Shown here piece after piece: positions 53,701 through 64,000 of a stretch of 64,000 bases of DNA. Position 1 is the stretch's first letter. Each line of letters begins with the position of its first letter. This DNA comes from Blastocladiella emersonii ATCC 22665. Its lineage: Eukaryota; Fungi; Blastocladiomycota. Below the pieces are notes generated by a model, which was not told the DNA's origin, ran no database searches, and saw only the letters and a list, made by a program, of their open reading frames with translations. The stretch covers positions 1,674,001 through 1,738,000 of the forward strand of contig JANHCV010000001.1 in assembly GCA_025594325.1 (NCBI GenBank). Reading direction: 5' to 3'. The translations under genes were made by a program, and so were the position numbers.

Positions 53701-56677
53701 TCGGCAGCGGCGGCTTGCGCTCATCCGCAGCCGACGGGCCCGAGTGCTGCTGCACAATCGGCTCGGCGGTCGGGAGTCCGGGCTTGGACGGGCGGCGAAG
53801 GAGCTGAGGCTGCTGCTGCTCGACGGATGCGGACGCGGCGAGCGCCTTGGCGTTGGACTGTGCGGCCTTCCAGCGGGCCTGGCCGGCCTCGGCGGCTGAC
53901 TTTTTCAGGCTCTCGACGGCGCCCTCGGGCAGGTCGGCGCGGCGGCGCGGGTCGCGCTTCTGCTGCATCTCGCGCTCGCGCTGCTGCGGCGACGGCGAAC
54001 GGAGCTTACCCACGCCCGAGGCGGTGCCCTCGCGGCCCTTGGGCGGCGCAGCTGCGGCGGCGGCCTGGGCTTCGGGCTCGGCGTAGTTGCCGCCCTCGTT
54101 GTCGTCGTGGGGGTGGTGCTTCTTCTCCTGCTCCTTGACCTTGGACTTGATGAACTTGGTCAGGTCCACGGCCTTGGGCGGCGGCGACGTGGAGCGGAAC
54201 TCCTCGTACAGCGGGTCGTCCTCGTCCATGTCGGCCCACGCGGTGGTGACGCTGTTGGACGACTGCTGGAACGGCTGGTACGGGCGCGCGGGCGGCGTGC
54301 ACGCGGCGGTCGCGGCGGGCTTGGCCGACGAAGACGAGTCCTGCGTGGGAGCTATGGGTCATAAGCCATGTCAGTGACGAGTTCCAGCGGAATAGAGAGG
54401 AGCGAGAGACGTACCAGCAGCTGAACGGTCCTCGCGGCGACCGGGCGAAGCACGGCCAGCGTTGGGCTGCAGCTGCTCTTGCGAGCGCGTCGGCGGCGCC
54501 GGCTTGACGCCGAGCGAGCGGGCAGCACCGCGGGGCGCCTCGGGCGACTTGGCGCGCGCGGGAGCACCCGGGCTCGTCTTACGGGCAGCGGGCTCGCCGT
54601 TGCGGTCACGACCGGCGTTCTGGCGGGTCCCACGCTCGCGGCGGTTGTCGGCCGACTCGTCGACCTGCTCGTCGTCAGCGCGCTCGGACCGGCGACCGCC
54701 GCCGACGCGGCGGTTCTGGCCAGCGGCGGACGAGGCCGGCGGGCCCTGCACGCTGCGGCGGTCGCGCGGCTCGCGCTCGCGCTCGCGCGTCGGCTTGGTG
54801 GCACGCGCGCCGTCGTTGTCGCCCTGCGCGGACGCGGAGGTACGGTCCTTGCCCGCGTCGGCACCGCGAGCGCGCACCGCGCGCTGCTTTTGCGGTGGCT
54901 GCTGCGACTGCGCGCCGTAGGCGGGCGGTGGTGGTGGGCCGGCGCGGCGCGACTCGGGCTTCTCGGGCGCGGCAGCCGCAGCGGCGGGCGGAGCGGGTGC
55001 GAGCGCGGGCGCGAGCGCGGGCGCGGGCGCAGGAGCGGGGACGGGAGCGGCAGCGGGAGGAGCGCGCGACGCCTTACGCGGGAGCTCGGCCTCCTGCTGC
55101 TCGACGGGCGCAGCACTCTCCTCCTCCTCAGGTGCGACCTCGTCCTCGACGCGGCGCACACCAGGCGGTCCAGTCTGGCTGGCGTGGCCGCCGCGGGCCG
55201 TGGTACGGCCACGGGGCGGGTGGCGCTCCTCGGCGGGCTCGTTGCGGTCGCGCTGGGGCGGGCGGCCGCCGCGTGGCGCGCCGGATTCGTAGGGTCTGCG
55301 GTCGTAGTCGCCGCCGCTGCCGGGACCGTACGGGCCCGCGTCGTAGTACGAGTTGCGGTTACCGCGACCCGTACCACCCCCGCCGCCGCCGCCGTGATGG
55401 TGACCGCCGCGCGGCGCGTACGTCGAGTCGCCGCCGTGGGCGTCGTCGAAGCGGTCGTCGTTGCTGCCGCCGCCGCCGTACGGGCCGGTGGCGTAGGGGC
55501 CGGCCTGGTATCCGCCGCGGGCGGGTCCGCCGTAGTGCGACGGAGGCGCGGGTCCGCCACGACCGCGGCTCATGCGCGCGTCGCCGTGCTCGTGGTCGGC
55601 AGGCGCCAAATCGTGGCGGTGCTGGGGGCGGTCGTAGCCATTCTCACCACCGCGGAACCGCGGGTCCTGCGGGGACATGGAGCGATCGGGGTAGCGCGGC
55701 GGCCCACCGTACCCGGCGCGCGCGTCGCCGCCGCCGTAGTGCGAGGGCGGGGGCGGTCCGCCGGCACGCGCGTCCTGGGTGCCAAACCCGCCGTGCCCAG
55801 CGCCGGGCCCGGTTGGGAACCGCGCGTCGCCGCCGGCGTAGTACTCGCGGTCGTAGTAGTTACCGCCGCGGGGAGGCGGCGAGCGGTTACGGCCGGCATT
55901 GGACGACGAGGCGGTGGCGACGGGCGGAGCATGGCTGAGCTCCTCGGCGAGGTTGACGACGGCCTTGGGCTTCGCGACGCTGCCCCACGGGCTCGACGTC
56001 GTGGACGCCGCCGCGGCGGGTGCCGCGCTCGCAGCAGCGGCCGACGAAGACGAGGCAGACGCGTGCGCGGCAGCGGGTTTCGCGTTGCCGGGCGTCGGGC
56101 TCGCGGCATCGTCGCCGCTCTCGGGGAGCGAGTCTTCGGCACCGCCGACGGAGCGCGCGGACGCGGTGCGCGAGAGGGTGATCTTGGCCTTCTGGACAAG
56201 GCCAGTGCGCTCCGAGAGCATGGAGGGCAGCTGGATGGGCCGCGGCGCGTGGACGCCGGGACCCGTGCGCTTCCCGCCGGCCGCCAACGCCGCGGCGCTC
56301 GGCGCGGACCCGGCGCGGGAGCCGGACGGCGCGCCGCCGCGGCCAGCGGGCTTACCGGCGTTGCCGGCGGCGGATCCGGCCTTGGGGCCCCATGGCGCGA
56401 GCGGGGTGGAGCCGACGCGCGCAATGGACGGGCCAGCGGCGGAAGTGGAGGAGGAGGACGGGGTGCCGGCGCGCGCCGCGGTCGAGGAAGAGGCGGTGGC
56501 GGTCGGCTTTCCGGCGACGCTCTTGATGGCGGCGTGCTTGGCGGACGAGGCGGAGCCGCCGTCGGACGCGTAGCCGGCAGCAGTCGAGGCGGAGCCGTGG
56601 GCGCCGGCCGAGGAGGCCAGAGCGGGCGACGCGCGGCCGGCCGTGACCTTGTTGAACAGCTGGTTGATGGAGGCCAT
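50771..56677 (-). CDS. Large disordered PRRC2/BAT2-like protein, 2 exons: 56677-54415 and 54351-50771, ~1947 aa
   Basis: A 63-nt GTACGT...TAG intron (54352-54414) joins two long ORFs in frame. APRPIQLPSMLSERTGL resembles the BAT2_N core; RGG/Tyr-rich and Q/P/H-rich tracts follow. The family call is tentative. Confidence 0.7.
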
Positions 56678-57334
56678 CCGAGGTGGGGCCGATGGGGCGG
56701 GCAGCGCGGGTGCGCGCGGGAAGGAGGGAGAGGGCACGAGAGCTCGTCGAGGAAGGGCGTGTTACTCGGAGGTCGGGGCCGGCTCGAAGGGGGTGAAGTT
56801 TGCTGCTGGACGGGCGGGCGACGCGGTCGGTCAGCACTGCACCGCTAAACGACGCGTCTCCCCATACATACCGTGCTGTCCGAGCAGCTCGCTGGATCTG
56901 AAGGGCCGAGAACCGCGTAGGTCGGCGGATGCGCGCTCGGGCGACCTTGCGAGCGGGTGTGGGGTGATCGCGCGCGGCGCGAGTGGGTTCCTCGGTGGCG
57001 TGGTGCACGGTAGCGGATCCGCAGCGAGGCAGATGCGTTGCAGGCGGTGGCGGGTCGGCGTCGCGGGTATCGCAAGGAGGGGGGCGCGGCTCGGCGGATG
57101 GGAAGGAGACGCGGCGCGACTCAGCGCGCGCGAGCGATCCTCATGGCACATGGGGTCACTCGCCCGTCACGCCGTTTCGCGGCGCGTCTCGCGTTTTGTT
57201 CTCGTTGCAAGGGCGCGTCTCTCGTTTGGTTTCCGTTGAGCGGGCGTGTCTTTCGTTTTTTTTTTTGGTTTCGTTGCACGGGCGCTCTATGGTCGTAGTC
57301 ACAAAACAGTCTCTTCATCGCCGTCTCTCTCAGC

Positions 57335-60203
57335 TCACGCTTCGCTGACCAGCACCGCGAGCGCGTCGCGGATCTGGATCGGCGCGGGCGCGTCCACGCC
57401 CTCCGTCGCAGCGGCCACTGCAGGCGCGCCGGGCCCAACATCCACGAGATCCACGCTGCCGACGGGGTGCACGCCGGCGCGCAGCGCCTGGAACCGGACG
57501 CGGACCGCCGTGACCTGTCCTGGCGCGACGGGCGCGACGCGCACGTCGTGGTCGAGGCACATGATAGCGGGCTCGACGACCTCGACGGCGCGCGCGAGCG
57601 CGTCGAACGCGGCCTCGTCGAGGAGTCCGACGCTCGGCGCGACCGCCGCCGACTCGGCCGACTCCTCGGGCACCAGCTTGCTCGCGGGCACGCGCACCGC
57701 AAACTCGCGCGCGACCGGCGTGCGGTTGATGATCTGGATCGACAGGTAGAACTCGTCGCCGCACCGGACCGCGGAGCCGGCGACTGCGGGGGCGACCGAC
57801 AGGGTGACGACGAGGGCGCCGCCCGTGCCGTCGGCCGCGGCGGCGGGGGCTCCGGCCAGCGAGTCATGCGATTCGTCGCGCGGGAGACCCAGCGCCGGCG
57901 GTGGCGGGAGTCCGCCGTACACGGGGCTCTCCGGGAGCGGCGACGTGCCGGCCGACCCGCGCCGGCCGAGCCCGACCGACGATCCGCGGCGCGGCGGCGG
58001 GCCGCCTTGCTGGCCGGGCATCTCGGGCACATCCTCGGCCGCGCGCACGGGGGACGTTGGCCGCGACGTCGATCCACCGTTACCGCCGCCCGACTTGAAC
58101 GAGAAGGTGCGCGTCATGGACAGGATCGCCTCCTCGGTCATCGACAGCCGTTTCTTGAGCGTGAACTTTTGCATGATCGACGACGCCGACCCGGGCGACA
58201 CGGGCGCCGGGCTGTTAGCCGCGTTCGAGTTGGCCATGACCGTGTCGATGGCGGGCATCGACGGCGACCGCGTCGGCTGGCGGCGCGAGGTGCGCGGTGG
58301 CGCGACACCCGCGCGCGTCGGCGAGGGCGACCGAGCGTGCTGCTGCTGCTGCTGTCCACGCTGCCCGCGCGGCCGCGAGTCCCGCCCGCGCGACGCCGAG
58401 GCGCCCGTGACGGCGGCGAGCGACCGGAACAGCGGTAGCGGGTTCGCCAGCGTGCACTCCCACTGCGACGCCATGGTCTGCCCGGTCCGCTCGCGCGCGT
58501 ACACGACGGAAACGGTGGCGCGGATCGCGCCCTGCGTCGCCGGGGCGGGAGCGGCGGGAGCGAGCGGGACGGCGGGGACGGTGCGGTTGGGCGCGTGGAC
58601 TGTCGTTACCGGGCTGCTGACCATGGGACTGAGACTGGTCGCGCGCGCCGGGTACGCCGACTGCGGCTGGGCCGCACGCGACTGGGACCGGGCGCGGAAC
58701 CCGCCGCCGTCCTCGACCGCTGCCGCTGCCGCTGCCGCCGTCGCTACAGCTTCGGCACCCGCAACCGGTGCACCGGCCGCGAGGCCCTTGAGCGCGGCGC
58801 GCGGCAACGTGAGCGTGTGTGCGAACGCGAGGTCGACCTGGTCGCCGGGCGCGAGCGCGGCGGGGATCCCGGCGTCGCCGATCCCCCGCGTCGCGTCCTC
58901 CTTGCCGGCGGCGCCGCGGACCGAGCACGCGAGGATCTTGATCACGTCGTCGTCCCCACCACCCTCGACGGCGTCCTCGGGCCCGGTCCACGGCAGCACG
59001 TTCTCGAGCCCGACGTGCAGGAGCACCACGTCGTCGCGCTCGCGCTGCGCGACGCACCCGACGTGCACGCGGAGCGCGTTGACGGCGCGCATGCGGTGGT
59101 GCAGGATGCGGCGCGGGGGCGGGGCGGCTGCTGCTGCTGCTGCCGCGGCGGTGGCCGCCGCGCGGTAGCCTCCCGTGGGCGACTCGGCGGCGGCGACGGA
59201 GCGCGGGCGCGCGCGGGTGGCGTCGAGGTGTGAGCGGGCCTTGGCAATGGAGATGTCGGCGCGGGCAAACGACGAGTCGCGCAGAGCGAGCCCGCGGACC
59301 AGGTTGACGGCGTCGTGGGTATCGGGCATCCACGCGTCGCTGGCCTCGGACGGGTCCTCGGCGCCGTCCTCGCCGTCCTGCGCGGCCACCGTCAGCGCGG
59401 TCTGCGCCACGCTCACCATGAGCGAGAGCGCCGCGTCGTGGGTCGTTGGCGACGGGTCGACGTAGGCTGCACACGCGGTGGGTTAGCGGGAGCCGCGCAG
59501 TCGGGGAACTTCGGGAGGCGAGCGTACCAACGGGGACGCGCATCGGCACCAGGATGAGCCCGGACGCAACGCTGATGAGCGGGGCGGACCCGGGCGTGCG
59601 GCGGCTGTAGACGTGGCTCGACTGGTGGATCCACTTGCGCGGCGGCTGCCCGGGCGCCTGCTGGGCCTGCGCGGCCGCCGCCGCCGCGGCGGCGGGATGT
59701 GCCATGCGGCCCGTAGGGATCGGCGGCGGCTGCGCCTCACCGACCGTGACCTGGACCGCGATCTCGAGCGACGCGGCGAACCGCTCCATGAGCGCCTGGC
59801 GGACCGCCGTCGCCGCGGTCCCGGGCCGCGCGCCCGGCGCCGGTGCAGATCCAGGGAACTTGACGGCAATGTACACGGGCAGGACCTCGTCGAACACGGC
59901 CGTCTCGCGGCGCAGCAGCGCGTCGAGGTCGATGCCGTCGGCCGACGCCAGCGGCGCGCTCAGCTGCGGCACGACCACGTCGAAGGTCGCGGCGGCGAAC
60001 ATGGCCTGCGGCGACTCGCCGGCGGTCGTGGCGGCGAGCCAGGTCGGCGGGCCGCCCGCGAGCAGCGAGGACGCGGAGCTGGCGCCGCTCGCGCTCCCAC
60101 TACCGCTGCCGATGGCGCTCCGCGGCGAGCTGGGCGACGCGGGCGCGGGCGGCGACGGTGCGCCGAGATCGATTTCATGGGATTCCGAGTCTGAGCCTGA
60201 CAT
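57335..60203 (-). CDS. TRS65: TRAPP II complex subunit Trs65-like, 2 exons, ~935 aa
   Basis: N-terminal RRETAVFDEVLPVYI; C-terminal VRCGDEFYLSIQIINRT and IMCLDHDVRVAPVAPGQ...FQALRAGV match the Trs65 pattern; intron 59467-59527. Confidence 0.72.
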
Positions 60204-60395
60204 GGTGTCCGAGTGCCAGGCGAGGGAGCTCAGAGGGAGAGAGGAAGGAGAAGAGCGACGCGCCGGCCAGGTCGCCCTGCCTTCGCCACCAGCGAGCGCC
60301 ACACGGCCAGCCGGCTCACGCGCTCGCCCACGCCTGCCTGACCATCACGCCGTTTCGCGACGCGTCTCGCAGCCAACATCCATTTATCATACATC

Positions 60396-62379
60396 CTACG
60401 CGTCGCCCTCGAGGATCCGCTTGAGCAGCGCACAGTGGCTCGCCTCGGCGGCCTGGCCCTCGGCCGAGAGCACGCCGCCGCCCGCGACCGTCGTGAGCCC
60501 GCGCACCGCCTCGTCGGCCGTGACCGCGAGCACGACGAGGGCGCTGCGCATCCCCGACGCTGCCCCGCTGCCGATCGCGCGCCGCCGCCCGCCCGCCGTC
60601 CCCGTCGGCCCGACCCCGGCGCTCGAGTCGCCGCGCACCTCGAGCAGCCCGTTCGTCTCGAGCCGCATCACCACGTCCAGGAACTCGGCCTCGGAGATGC
60701 GCGGGATCGGCAGGTCGCGCGAGTCCAGCAGCCGCGAGTAGTGTACGTCGTACAGGTCGCCGCACGTCAGCGCGTTGGACTTGGTGGATACTGCCGCGGG
60801 TTTCTTCTCCTCCGCCGCTTCTTGTGACCACTGCGACCCGCCCGACTGTCCCACAAACGGGACCGCGACTGGCTCCGCTGCAGCAGCGACCGCCTGCTTG
60901 GCTCGCGCGGGGCGCACCGCCGCGACGGCCGCCGCGAGCACCATCTTGGCCGTAAGGTTGAGCGCGCGCACCTTGACGACGGCCGACTGCGCTGCGCCGC
61001 CGCCCGCTGCGTCGCCGACCTTGAGCGCCTGCACGACGTGCGGGACGTTGGCGACGGCGCCCTTGGCTTTCGCGAGCCGGACCGCGGTCCGCGCGATGGT
61101 CAGCGCGCGCCGCACGTCGCTGCTGCCCGCCGCGATCTTGCGCGCAATGAACTTGGCCGCCATCGGGAGCATGTCGCCCGCGAACCGCGCCGCGAGGATC
61201 GCCTCGAGGTCCGCCTCCGAGTACGCCGCGAACGTCACGACGCCTGGGGCAAGCGCCCCCGTCAGGTGCGGCAGCAGACGCTGCGTCAGGTCGAGCGAGT
61301 TGGCAATCCCAATAAGCACGAACCGCGACGGGCACCGGTGCGCGAGCGCAAATAGTGCGTAGAGGACCGTAGGGTGCGTCGACGCCAGGTCCCCGCCGCC
61401 GCCGCCCGCACCGGTTCCGGGACCGCCAGCGCCCGACCCCGCGCCGCCGCCGCCCGAGCCCTGGCCCAACGTGCCGCCCATGGCGCCCGGGTACAGCGCG
61501 TCGAGCTCGTCGAGCACCACCGCGCACGGCCGGTCGCTCTGCGCCACGAGCTCGCCGAGCGCCGCCTGCGCCTTGGCCGCCGTCGGCGCGGGTCCCCACC
61601 CGGCCGCGCCGGCGCCCGCCGCGCGCTTGCCCTTGGCCCGGGCCGGAGCCGGGAGGACGTCGGCGAGCCGCTGCCACAACACGCCGAACACGGCGTTGGG
61701 CGACGACAGACCCATGCAGTTGACGAGCACGTGCGCGACGCCCGGCGACGGGTACGCCCGGAGCAGCTGAGTCACGAGCGCCGTCTTGCCGCCGCCCGGG
61801 CTGCCCGCGACGTACAGGCTGGCGGGGACGGGCGAAGGGGACGGGGTGCCGGACAGGTGGCGCGCGAGGAACGCGCTGATCTGCTCCCGCTCGGCGGTGC
61901 GGCCGACGATCTCGATGGCGGGCTCGGCGACCGAGGGAGGCGTCGCTGCAGCTGGCGGCTCAGTGTCGGCGGGGACGAGGTCCGGTTGACTCGTCGTGGA
62001 TGTGGCGGTCGTCGCGGCGGGAGGGGCTGCGGGCTCATCCTCATCGTCGTCCTTTTCGCTCGCAGCAACCGCCTCCACCTCCTCGCTCCCAGAATCTTCG
62101 CCGTCGGATTCCGGTTCCTCGGCCTCCTCGGGCTCGTCCTGTGTGGACTTGCGCGAGGATCGCGTCGACCTGCGCGTCGCAGCAGCAGGAGCAGCGGATT
62201 TCGGCGTTGCTACACATGCACTGCGAACTCAGTGATACCCATACGCGACAAGAACATGCGACCGTACCGCCTGAGCGACTAGTACTCTTGTTCGCGGTCC
62301 GCTTCGCTGGGGTCGACGCTTCAGCCGCGACCGGCGAGTCGGGCGACGACGCTGGCCGCTTGCGCGTCCGGAGCTTCAT
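60396..62379 (-). CDS. CDC6: Cell division control protein 6 (Cdc6/Cdc18 AAA+ ATPase), 2 exons, 641 aa
   Basis: IVGRTAEREQI, Walker A GSPGGGKT, VNCM, Walker B VVLDELD, LIGIANSLDL and a C-terminal winged helix; intron 62210-62267. Confidence 0.92.
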
Positions 62380-62668
62380 GGTTTCCGGCTATTACGGAAC
62401 TCGCGTAAGCATTGCATCGACTAAGATGTGTTTCCATTGAGATCATACATGGTTGGTGATTGGACGTCGGAGCGAAGTCTCCGAAGTCGAACGCTCAAGT
62501 CGGCCAGCGACCAAGCCCTCGGGCAGCGACCTCGCGACGACCACCGACCACAACTCGCTCCATCACTGAACGATCAAACACTCTGTATTGAATGAAAACG
62601 ACGTTGTCAAGAGGGAAGAGAGAGGAGAGAGAGGCCCGTCCACACACGCCCAGAACTCTCGAACTTCA

Positions 62669-64000
<1,332 letters not shown>

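Overview
This window is gene-dense, GC-rich eukaryotic DNA. Introns are short (mostly 53-100 nt) GT-AG type with GTACG/GTGCG donors and CTAAC/CTGAC-like branch points. Class C GPCRs plus fungal-type housekeeping genes suggest an early-diverging fungus, plausibly Blastocladiomycota (inference). Conserved genes: DRG2/RBG2, coatomer beta, CSN6, PAP2 phosphatase, MsrB, OFA-type MFS transporter, stomatin, SEC12, PRRC2/BAT2-like protein, TRS65, CDC6 and a class III ADH cut by the window end. Lineage-specific genes: four RimJ/L-type GNATs (one a pseudogene), two paralogous P450s each beside a GNAT, two paralogous ~1,000-1,150 aa proteins of unknown function, and two class C GPCRs. Main highlights: (1) a convergent pair consisting of a 19-unit Tyr/Gly/Asp repeat protein with one Lys in 18 of the 19 units and no Arg, and an intronless, lysine-free metacaspase fused to DxDGDG Ca-binding loops, which together may be a peptide-precursor/protease system; (2) the two GPCRs face each other and share an apparently identical 1,074-bp inverted segment (intron plus 7TM), while their ectodomains and PH-like tails have diverged; (3) an 87-bp-arm hairpin with an 18-bp perfect palindrome at the loop. 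No rRNA, tRNA, CRISPR array or transposase was seen. All calls were made by eye, without database searches.
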